Shown one piece after another: positions 35,821 through 46,873 of a stretch of DNA of 63,463 bases. The stretch spans positions 1 to 63,463 of the forward strand of contig CDMY01000503.1 in NCBI GenBank assembly GCA_001179505.1, read 5' to 3'. This DNA is from Vitrella brassicaformis CCMP3155 (taxonomy: Eukaryota > Protista > Chromerida). Below the pieces are notes generated by a model. The model saw only the letters and a program-made list of their open reading frames with translations, did no database searches and was not told the origin of the DNA. The translations under genes and the position numbers were made by a program. The first letter of the stretch is position 1; each line of letters begins with the position of its first letter.

Positions 35821-38800
35821 ATGGACTATGAAGGCATAAGAGACACTTGCCAAGATTCTTACGCGCTAAGAGAGAGAGGTAAGTAAGCGATCACTACCAC
35901 GGCAGACATTCGTGCCAACATGCCTTCGTTTGTGTGCGGCTTGGGCTGAGGGTAGAGGTCAGGCAGTAGCCGTATCCCACTCAGAGGAGGCTGAAAGCCT
36001 TAGGCATCAAGACGAGCGGGGCACAATGAGTTGGTTGCAACGAGGTGGGGATGCCGACGACACAACAAGCATTCCCTCGTTCCCTTCTGGCTGTCTGGCT
36101 GTATGTGCAGCTCACCATTCAGTACCAGCAGCTGAAGTCGCGCTCTGCCGGGCTGTGGGACAGGGTTCGTGAGATCCTGCTCATAGTCTCATCGAGAAGA
36201 ACAAACAGTACATACACTTCTTTCCTGGACACGGGGGGGTGGGCGCTGACAGAGATGCTGACAGAGATGCTCGGGGGCGAGTGCCGAGAGAACGGGGTGA
36301 GCAGAAAATCAGTCGCACGCATGTGCGTGTGTACTGACGTACCTTCCTTTGCGTGCAGACCAAACTGGAAAAGAGCAGCGTTGCGAGTTCGAGGCCAAGA
36401 CGAATGGAAGACGACGACTGAGGTAAGACGAAGACAAGCAGACCACATTGCGCCCATCCATATATGTGTGCGAATGTCACCCTCTCTAATATGTCTGTGA
36501 GCAGACCTGGCGGAAGCGCCAACAGGAGGCCGACGAGAAGCACGAAGCGGACATCCAAAGGTGTGCGTATTTCACTGGTGTTCGAATCAGGGCAGGAAGG
36601 CAGCTCTGTAACTCTTCCCTCTCTCCCTTAATGCAGACTGACGAAGAAAAAGGACGACTTCAGGATCCAAGTGCAGGTGTACAACTTTGCTTTCACGGAG
36701 GAACGGCAGCAGAGAACTTCGCTACAGGTGGGACACTGATGGATTTCCAATGCAAGTGCGCCTTCATTTGTGTGCAGGAACAGTTGACACAGCAGGAGAC
36801 GGCGTTCGAGGAAACGACAGATGACATGGAGCGGCGGATTGACGTGAGACGCACACACACAGACCACACACATGGATCCTTGTCTGTATGCACTCATGTC
36901 TCTTGGCCCCTTCCCTATCTGTGGGTGAGCAGGAGCTTCATCAGCAGCGGCAGCCGACTGAAGCATCCAGCTGGCGGCACACCCACTCGGGGCGGGGAGG
37001 GTGGCAGGGCAGATATCGCTGTCTACATTTTATATCCGGCGTGGCCTTTTTCCCGACACCGATTTTGTCCGCGATGGCACATCTCTCCTTCTCTCTCTCT
37101 CTCTCTCTCTGTGCGTGTGTGTGTGGCTGCTTATCAGACTTTTGAGACATCTTACTGCTTCGGCGCTTTTCCTCCTCTGTTTGTTGTGTCCCTACTCGCT
37201 GTTTGCTATGACAGCGGAGCAAGGTGAGCACCATCACTACTTTCCCTCCACCTTGCTGCGACGTTGATGCTGGTGCTTGTGCTGGGGGTGTGTCTGTGTG
37301 TGCAGGCTGCTTTCAAAACCTTACGTAGACCTCTATCACCCAAGCCAATCGGTGAGCCGAATGAATGCAGACACGAGAGGCAAATGTGAAGGGGCGGCGG
37401 CAGTCACTGCGTGTGTGCCATGTGTCTTCATTCAACCCTGCGTAGTTGATTGCGTCGTCTGGTGCGACGCCGCTGAGGACTCCAAGACCGATCCACTCTT
37501 GTATGGTTGTTCGACATCAAATAGTAAGTACACAAGAAGGAGGGGCTAGGTACTGTATACATGTGTGTTTCTCTGGGTGTGTTTTTCAGCCGCCACGATG
37601 TCCACCGGAATCGACGTATTCTTCCAACGTATACTCATGTGGGGAACGCGTGCTTCTCAGAATACGTTGGCGGAGCTGAGGAGCGAGAAGAGGCGCACTT
37701 TTGCACTAGAGGCGAGTGCACAGGTGAGTAACTAGATGAGTGAGCTCCGGCCATATTTACTCTTTCTGAAGGAGTTGAAGGAGCAGCTAGAGGAGAGAAA
37801 CCAGCAGTTGCTAGCTATGGGGAACAAATGTGCCGACCACGAGAGCCTTTCCGCCGCTCGCATCGAGCTCATCCAGTGCAAGTCAGAGAACGACTCACTC
37901 AAAAAGCAACTCAAGGATTTGGACGGCAAATGGTGAGGAGGGGATGAGAGGGAGGGAGGGAGAGGGAGTCAATGAGGCAGCCTTTTGGTGCAGCTGAATG
38001 TCATGCCCCGCAATCGTGAGCTGGAAGAGATGTGGTCATCTCCTTGGTGTGTATGTGCGTGTGTGTGCGTGTTTGTAGACGTGTTGGCAGTAAGGGAGGC
38101 CCTACCCAACCCCCTTGCGCAAGTTCCGTCAGTTCGACGTGGTGAGAATTGCCTGCTCGAAAGAACTCCGGCACGCACCAGCCTGTATATGTGAGTGCTC
38201 TGCCTCAGCCGGACCTCGAGCAGAGGTGCAGGGCAAGGGGTGTCCCGGCGTGGATTAAACCACAGAGAGAGAGCAGCCGAAAGGTACAGATTATATTTCC
38301 CACGAAAGCAACACCAAAAGCATCAGGTGTCCATTGCGTGTTGCAGGCGATTCTGATAGATCGGGCAAATTCGAGGAGCTGGGTGAGGAAAAGAGGCGCA
38401 ATCGGCAGCTAGAGGCTCAGACACAGGTCTGTAGAGAGGAATGCAGCCCGGTGAACATCCCTGCATATCTGCTCTGCAGTCCGTGCATCCTCCGGCAGCG
38501 ACTACCGAGCGCTGTTCTGGTAGAATTGTGCCTCTGGAGATCCGGTTTCTTTGACTTTCTCTTTCCTCCCCCGTCCAACCCGCCCCGCCTCGCCCCGCCT
38601 CGCCCCGTCCCGCCGCCCGTGCCTCGATGGCGACGTCAGACGACGTACGCGGCTCCCTCTCCCGAGAGAGCACCATGAGCAACACGCAGGTGGGAACGAT
38701 CAAGGACACCCCAAGGAGAGGGACAGCCAACACGCTGTGGGTGTGGGGATGAGTGCGTCACAGGCCAGGACGGATTACGATCAGCTCAAGACACGCTACG

Positions 38801-40100
38801 ACGGCCTGTGGGAGACGATTGAGGTGAGACAACTATGCACCCATCCATTTTATGTGTGCATCTCACCTTGTCTGCGAGCAGACCCTGCGAAAGCATCAGC
38901 AGGAGGCCGGCAAGATCCTTGCACAGGGCTCTGCCTGCCTGTGTCCTGTGGGGATTGCAGGAGCTGGGTGAGCAGTGGGGAAACACGGACAAGTAGTGCG
39001 CACCATGGCCACCCTCAAGGGGGCCCTCCAAGAACTTCCAGGTACAGAGTTGGTACCAGAGAACGCATTCATGCGTCCTTGTCTGTTCTGCCTGCGCGTA
39101 TGCACAGGAACGATCAGGAGCACCAGAGACAGCAGGTGGGTGGTGATGCATTGACTGGCATGTTCTTGAGTTCAGCCAAGATTGCGATGTCTTTCTTCAG
39201 TCCATCGTTGTCTACATTTTATATCAATCGAGGGTGCCTCTTTATGGAAGAGTTGCGGAAACGCGTCAAGATGCGCCCTTCTGGTGAGTCGACGAGGTGA
39301 GAATGGCATTTACTCCCGATTGCTGTCGCACCTCAGACCATGGATCATCAACCCATTTACGCAGTACAACCGTTCACCAGTTGCAACAGTCTGACTATCT
39401 CGGCTGAGTAACCCCCCCCCCCCCCCCCCCCCCCNNNNNNNNNNNNNNNNNNNNNNNNNNNNNNNNNNNNNNNNNNNNNNNNNNNNNNNNNNNNNNNNNN
39501 NNNNNNNNNNNNNNNNNNNNNNNNNNNNNNNNNNNNNNNNNNNNNNNNNNNNNNNNNNNNNNNNNNNNNNNNNNNNNNNNNNNNNNNNNNNNNNNNNNNN
39601 NNNNNNNNNNNNNNNNNNNNNNNNNNNNNNNNNNNNNNNNNNNNNNNNNNNNNNNNNNNNNNNNNNNNNNNNNNNNNNNNNNNNNNNNNNNNNNNNNNNN
39701 NNNNNNNNNNNNNNNNNNNNNNNNNNNNNNNNNNCCCCCCCCCCCCCCCCCCATCAATTCCCCTTCGGGTCCCTTTACTCGGGCAGTGAAATCTCGTCCC
39801 GCCGCCCAACTTTGAACGTCCCCCATCCAAGCAAATAATGTCGGACGTGGTGCTTTCCGCCGCTCGCATTGAGCTTGTCGAATGGCACGACAGAAAACAC
39901 GCGTCTTCTTTTCATCAGAACGGAGAGAAGAGGCGCGCTTTCCAACTGGAGGCGAGTACCCAGGTGAGTAACTAGATGACTGAGCTCCGGTCATATCTAC
40001 TCTTCCTGCCTGCCTGCGTGCTTGCAGGAGCTGAAGAAGCGGCCTGCCCGCAACCGTGCTCTGGGGCAAGGAAACCTCCACACACCCACCGCCACCCCTG
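35821..40100 (+). pseudogene. Further coiled-coil paralogue fragments (two or three partial copies)
   Basis: Paired exons: YQQLKSRSAGLWD (36110) / YDQLKTRYDGLWE (38760); TWRKRQQEA (36505) / TLRKHQQEA (38881); 37680-37790 duplicated at ~39920-40040; ELKEQLEERN..ENDSLKKQLKDLD (37775-37932) is homologous to 33309-33506. Confidence 0.5.
39412..39752. other. Assembly gap (300 N, 39435-39734) flanked by poly-C runs (C23 left, C18 right)
   Basis: Directly visible in the sequence. Confidence 0.98.
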
Positions 40101-41003
40101 TGTGATGCACACGTATGCATACGTGTGGCTGACTGACTAGTGAGAGCCGCAGACAGAAACAGAGAGGAGAGCAGTGGGGGTGGGGCGGGGGGGACGCAGA
40201 GAGGAGAGCAAAGGGGGGAGAAAGGTTCCATGTGTGCATGCGTCTGTATCCGTCGATCGCTGCTGCGTCACTCTCTTACCAGCTGACTGCTGCCCCCTAC
40301 ACTCACCCTCACACTCGCTGCCGTGCATTCCATCCCATTGTCCATCGTCCGTCTACCCATCTACCCATCTACCCATCCATCCGCAGGTCTGCCTCTGCCC
40401 CTTCTTGCTACTTGCCACTTGCGTGTCCTCTGTCGCCCGTCTCGTGTCTCACAGACAAACACACACACACACACACCACGTCGCTGTCGGGGCGGGACTC
40501 GTCAGGGGCTTGGGAAGGGTGTATACGAGGGCATTGGGGCTTGTCTCAGCTCATTGCTGCCTGCATTTTATATCCGTCGGCTGTGCTTCTCGCTCGTGAC
40601 TGTCGGCCAGCGGGTGAATGGGCGAGTGGGTGGATGGATGTGTGTGAGCCAGGGACGAGGAAAGGCACGAATGGTGGCGTCCTGTGATGAACAAATGGGC
40701 GCATTGCAGACAAGAACAGAGCTGCTGTGTGTCTCCATTTCCTTCATCATTCAGGAGCTCTCATGGTTTAGAAGGAAAAGCATGCAGTAGATTGGGTGGC
40801 ATGCATGCGTAGACCGATGTATGCGAATTCGGATGTGAAACAGCAAGCACTGCTGCAGTCAGCCAACTGGTGTGGAGACAGCCTGAGGAACACATTCAGA
40901 CGTACGCCCCCAGGGACCCTCATTCCGAGTGGCACGTCCTCTTCCTTTTTCCCACTTTTCTCCCATCGCTCCCTTTCGCATCATCCCCTTTTCGTTGCCC
41001 CCT

Positions 41004-41550
41004 GAGGAGACTGCATCGCCTCCCTCCCGCACAACGTCGTTGAGGAGACTGCATCCCCTCCCTCCCCCCAACATCGTGAGGAGACTGCATCGCCTCCCTC
41101 CCGCACAACGTCGTTGAGGAGACTGCATCCCCTCCCTCCCCCCCAACATCGTGAGGAGACTGCATCCCCTCCCTCCCNNNNNNNNNNNNNNNNNNNNNNN
41201 NNNNNNNNNNNNNNNNNNNNNNNNNNNNNNNNNNNNNNNNNNNNNNNNNNNNNNNNNNNNNNNNNNNNNNNNNNNNNNNNNNNNNNNNNNNNNNNNNNNN
41301 NNNNNNNNNNNNNNNNNNNNNNNNNNNNNNNNNNNNNNNNNNNNNNNNNNNNNNNNNNNNNNNNNNNNNNNNNNNNNNNNNNNNNNNNNNNNNNNNNNNN
41401 NNNNNNNNNNNNNNNNNNNNNNNNNNNNNNNNNNNNNNNNNNNNNNNNNNNNNNNNNNNNNNNNNNNNNNNNNNNNNTCCCCTCCCTCCCCCCCAACGTC
41501 GTGAGAAGACTGCATCCCCTCCCTCCCCCCCGATGTCGTCGGAGACTCAG
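41004..41550 (+). repeat. Minisatellite of alternating 38-bp and 36/37-bp units (GAGGAGACTGCATC[G/C]CCTCCCTCCC...), interrupted by a 300-N gap (41178-41477)
   Basis: Units start at 41004, 41042, 41078, 41116 and 41153, with partial units after the gap. There are no unique spacers. Confidence 0.92.
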
Positions 41551-43575
41551 TCGAACTTGGTACTAAGCGGCGTCCGCGGCAGCGAGGGCCCCGGCCACCG
41601 GCCGCACAGCAACGATGGGGAAGTCAACATCCCCATCAGAACGGCCACCAACGAGAGGGGGACCGCCGTCGGACAACTGATGGACGTACGCCAGACAAAG
41701 ACACACAAACGGACGTGACACTCACACGAGGGTAATTGTCGGTTGATGGGGGTCCTTTGTTTCACCGCGTGTGTGTTCCCAGAAGGTAGGCCTCAGCAAG
41801 CGCAGCTCCCAGGAGATCCAAGAACGTCGCAAGGCCAACCTGCAACGAGCTGAAACACTCGTGGTATGCCTCCCTCCCCACCTCCAGAGCTCTTCGTCAG
41901 CCCCACCCACTCATTTGCGCCCACCCCTTTTTCTTCCTGCCTTCCTTCCTTCCTGTCGTCTGTCTGTCTGTCTGTCTGAAGAAGCTGCGCATTGAGGGCA
42001 TCAAGGACAAGAATGAGGGCAAGCTCGACGCAGCGGAGGAGCGTCGCAAAACGAGATTGCCAAGAAGGCTGAGCACGAGAAGAAGAAGGATGACAAGCGG
42101 CAGCAGGTCATCGAGCGGGCCAAGGAGCTCGAGAGACAGAAGCAGGAGGAGATAGAGAACAAGCAGGCCGGCAAGCTCGATGAAGCAGAGCAGCGGAGGA
42201 AGAAGCAGCTCGAGGACAGGGTCAAGCGCATGGCAGAGCTCGCTGCCACCGAGGAACACGTCCAACGCGCGGCTGAGATTCAGCAAAAGAAGGTCGAACA
42301 GATCGTTTCCAAGACGGCAGGTAAGTGGGTGGGCGAGTGAGTCAGAAAGTGACACGATCGTTACATCTGTGTGTCTGTCGGTGTGTGCTTCGCGCAGGGA
42401 AGCTGGATGCCGCCGAACAGCGCCGCCTGGACCTTCAGGCTCAAGTGGCCAAGCACCTGGCCGAGCTAGCCGACGCCGAGGCGCAGGTCAAGAAGGCAGA
42501 GGCAATGGAGCGGGCACGCAAGGAGGACATCATGGTGGGCACCCAGCGCAGAAAGCTGACCAACTGTGTGCACCCGTATCTCGTGTCTCGCTCTGTCTGT
42601 GAATCAATGTGCAGAAGAGACGGCTGGAGCACCTAGAGAAGGAGAAGGAGCGCATGCGAGAGCTTGGACTGACGGAGGAGATCGAGAAAATTGCCAAGGA
42701 GATCGAAGAGATGAAGGTAAAGGCCATGATCGTAAGCAAAACGCACTCTCGATCGTTGATGCCGTATCTGGCTCATGCTTTCTGCCCTCTGCCTTCCTAC
42801 CTGTTCGTCTGTGTGTGTCTGTGTGCGTGTGCAGGACAAGACCGACGGCAACCTGGATGCAGCCGAGTGGTGGGAGCGACTCTACGGGAAGAAGACAAAG
42901 TGCACCAAGGTAAATGTCAGCGGCCATCAGACCACCAGTAGCGTCTATCAATTTAAGATTCCGGCTTTGTATTGATCTTGTCAGGAACGTATAAAGGCCA
43001 TCAAGGTATGCCTCATTCGGATCGAATCACGATAGACACATTACTCCTTGAGCTGACCTTGTGTGTTCAGAAAGAGTTCAAGGGCACCAAGAAAGAGCCC
43101 ATGCTGCGAAGGCATTCTGCCCCACTGGTATGCACACTGCTTTTCCTCATCGTCCTGCCGCCCTCTCGTCTTCTTGCCACTTCTAGGCCATCATATTCGA
43201 GAGTCTAATCGAGCATGCGGTGCCGAGACGCCGCCACTCGGCCCCATCAGTAAGCACTGGCACACGTTATGGTCGAGTGTGGTACATCATGTGATTTACT
43301 CCCCTTCCAGGCTGCTGACCATGACCACCACCACCACCACCAGCAGCAGGAGCAGCAGGATCAGCAGCAGCAGCAGCACCAGCAGAGGCAGCACAAGCAG
43401 CAGAAGGTATGAATCCATACACATCGCGGAGAAGCGCACTCTCCTTCTCCGTTGTCCTTGGCAGCCGGGTGCCCCGTGGTTCGATGGCTTCCTCTTGTTC
43501 GCGTGGCTGATGTCCCCCCCAGGGGCCGATCTCTTTTGGATCGGCCTCTGGGAGGGACGCAACAGTGCATGCTGA
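41533..43575 (+). CDS. Stathmin-like repeat coiled-coil protein with RRHSAP motifs, His/Gln-rich exon and hydrophobic C-terminal tail; one apparent frameshift (42048-42051)
   Basis: About 11 exons with canonical GT-AG junctions. Three GKLD[AE]AE[EQ]RR repeats lie 51 and 50 aa apart after restoring one A. Ends PGAPWFDGFLLFAWLMSPPGADLFWIGLWEGRNSAC*. Confidence 0.7.
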
Positions 43576-45869
43576 ATTTCGTCTCTCACTCAAGCCATGC
43601 GGTGCGGGTTCACTTACTGACTGGATCGATGGCTGGCTGCCTGCCTACAGCTTGCGTGTGGCTGCATGTGGCTGACTAGCTTACCTACCTAGCTTACCTC
43701 ACTCACCCCACTCGGTCAATTTGCCTTGAAGTTCTGTTTTTTCTGCCTGCCTTAGCTGGCTACTTGTACTTCCGTACACACATGACATGGTGTGGTGATC
43801 CATCTGTCGGTCCCATGCCATTGCGGATCGATTCGACTTCATTTCTCCCTTCTCCTTTTTCTCTCCGTCGGTGTGGTGTTTGTTTGTCTGTAAGGGAAGG
43901 AACGAATGGCCGAGACGGTCGGGCAGCTGGGTTGTCTGGCTGCCTGGCCACCTGTCTGTCTTTGTGTCTGGCTGGCTGGATTGACGGCGGGAGGGTTGCT
44001 TCGTCGACGTGGTGTCCGAACAACAATCCAATCGCCACGCGTGTCTGTGTTTGACGTCCGTCTGTAAGTCTACTGACTTAGGAGGAATGGCGTGTGTGCG
44101 CTGCGGGGGACGGCGGGTGCATGGCTGGTGTCCTACGGCCACCCCCAGCCACCTTACAGGCCGATGGAATGGCATCTGTGAGTGCTGGTTGCGGGAGGAC
44201 GTGACACACCGACATGGCCTGTTCTCGAGACACAAAGCCGCGGCATTGTCCCAAAAAGGTGGGGTGGGGGGGGCGGGATTGTGTCTAATTTTCTGCCTGG
44301 ATGGGATAGGTGGATGGCTTCGCTGTTGTAAGGAGACGCCATTGGCGGGCATGTCTGTCTCGCCTATTTTTCGCCCTACAAGCAAGTCCCGTTATTGCGT
44401 GTCTGCGATGGGGTGGGAAGGGGTGCGAGGGTGGCATAGCAGTTGTGTATGTACGGCCTTTGAAGAGATGAGTGAGTGAGTATCTTTCCGGCTGGCTGGT
44501 TGGCTGGCCAGGTGGGTGCGTGTGGGTCCGCCACATCGCAGCTCGTGTCTGCACGTTGACGGTTCGATGGATGGATGGATGGATGGACCCTGCACGGCTG
44601 CCTGGCTGCTTACAGACAGACAGACAGACAGACAGGGTGGGTGGGTGGGTGGGTGAGTGCATGTGGTGACTGGTGTGGAGTGTGCGTGTGGATACGTTCT
44701 TTGGCTTCCCGTGTTTTCGTGTTTTCGTGTGTGTGTGTGTGTGTGTGTTTTTTTCAATGCATTCGTGTGAGGAACCGAGGGAGGGAGGGTTGTGTGTGTG
44801 GGTGTCCTAGTGCAGACATTCAGCCGGCAGAGGACAAGCGATCGACCGAGGCGGAGACAGACAGACAGACAGGTGACTCGCACTCTGGCTTCAGCTTAGC
44901 GGCCCTAGCTGCGGCCATTTCTCCCTCCCTCCCTCGCTGCCTTTGCTCTCCTCCTTACTTGCAAGAGAATGTTTGACACACGCTGGTCACGTCGCTGGAA
45001 AGACGGACGCTTGGATGCTTGGATGGATGCTCGTAGTCTCCCCCCTCCCTCCCTCTGTCTCCCTCTCTCTCCCCCTCTCTCTCTAATGCTGCTGACCGAC
45101 TTGCTGCGGTTGTTATCACTCACCCGCTCGGCTCGCTCCCTTTAGTAGCTCCCCTTAAGGCCCGCCCACTGCATATGACACCAACCGTCTGTCTGTCTGC
45201 CTGTCTGTCTGCCTGTCTGTCTGCCTCTGCCCATGTTTTTTTAGGCGGCTGGCTGGCTGAACGAACGGCCCCTTCTTCTCTCCTTCATGCATTCATATGG
45301 CTGCAGGCAGGCGGGCAAGCAGACACACGGGGGGGTGCAAGGGAGAAACCAAAGAAAGAAAGAAATAGGGAAGGAGTGGCCGACACTCCAGACACTCCAG
45401 ACCTTCCAGACACTCACTCAGTATGCGTGCACGAGGTTCCCAGTCATTTGCTGCTTACTTGCTTGCCTGCTTGTGCCTGAGTGCCATCTGCCTGCCTGTC
45501 TGCCTCTTCCCCTCCCTCCCTCCCTCTCCTGTCTGTCTGCCTGCCTGCCAGTTGACCAGCCTCCCTTGACTCGTTGATGTGTTCATACGGTCGGTGCCTG
45601 GATGCGTGTGCGTATGAAATCAATTAATGCCTCATGACATGTCATGGTCTCTAACCCACCTCACATCCACACGACAAGCACAGAAAACACGAGGGAGGGC
45701 CCCTGTCGATTAGCTCGGAAAAAACGAAGAGGCAGGCGACATATAAAGGCACCACACCCACACCCACCAGTCAACCAATTACATCTGCACAGGCAGGCAC
45801 GCAGCCCGATTGTTGGATGGTGTCTCTCTATCTATCTATCCGGCCAATACCATGGCTTTGTAACACGAA

Positions 45870-46390
45870 CTAGCGGCTGCGTGTGTGTTATATGAGCAAA
45901 CACCAAAGCAGTCTTTGAAGGAGTGATGTGAAGGTCGCGACTGCTTTCAAACATCCCTCTTTCACTTACGCCGAATTCATGCTCAGCTGTCCCGATGTGA
46001 TGGTGCAGGGCTGCTGCTAGCTGCGGACAGGAAGAATGGAACGCACAATGGACTGGGTTGGGTGAGGGCGAGCGCTCTTTCCTGAATTCTGCTGGCGAAA
46101 GATGCATCCAGTTCTCTTGCGTCTCTTCTCTTAGCATCGTGATACATGAGCAACCGAGGGAGGACTCTGACACTCAAGTTCAATAGTGGGGACAACTAGC
46201 TGGGACAAAACAGCTAGCGACATCATGATGTGTGTGCAGTAATTCGCCTGGTGTCCACTCGCCATGAACAGATGTTTGCGCATTAATTCGAGTTCAAAGG
46301 AGCGCTCAATCTCAACCAAAACATGTCGGTCTGCGTCTCTGTCTGTCTGTCTGTCTGTGTGTCTGCGCTGCTTGACCATCACTCTCAGCC

Positions 46391-46421
<31 letters not shown>

Positions 46422-46838
46422 AGCGGCAGGGAAAGAGGATGCATGTGCGTCTCTTCCCCCTCCCCCGCTCTCTCTTTCTTGCTCTGCCTCACTCACCTCG
46501 GCCTCTCCTCGTGGTGCTGGTTCTGCTGGCTGGACGGTTGGGGCCTTGAAGAGGACCGTCAGCAGAGTGAGTCCCTTCCACAGCCCGGCGAAGGCAGCGA
46601 AGAACACGGCCTCGCGCCAAGTTGCGTTGAAGACGGTCGACGGCAGCGCGAAGAAGGCTATCGGCTCCTGCACCAGACTTGCAGCACATCCATCAGGCCA
46701 CATGATCATTGTCCATCCCCTTCATCCATCGGTGTGTGTGTGTGTACGAGTGCGATGAGGGGGAAGAGGCGCGGCATCAACGCGTGGACGGCGTAGCTGG
46801 CAGCTGCACATAAGACACACAATTCACACAGACTCACA

Positions 46839-46873
<35 letters not shown>

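Noticed and set aside
28300-40900. Autonomous transposon or virus as the cause of the duplications
   Set aside because: No transposase, RT, integrase, Rep-helicase or capsid motifs, and no clear TIR, LTR or TSD seen by eye.
41004-41550. 36-38-bp repeats as a CRISPR array
   Set aside because: Units are contiguous with no unique spacers, there are no cas genes, and the context is eukaryotic.
39357-41566. Long ORFs containing X runs (also 55858-56961)
   Set aside because: Artefacts of translating through N gaps.
43699-45800. ORFs rich in CVCV, THTH, QTDRQ or SVCL (also 8119-9111, 24299-25123 and many others)
   Set aside because: Translations of (TG)n, (CA)n and (CAGA)n microsatellites in introns or intergenic DNA; no domain signal or coherent exon chain.
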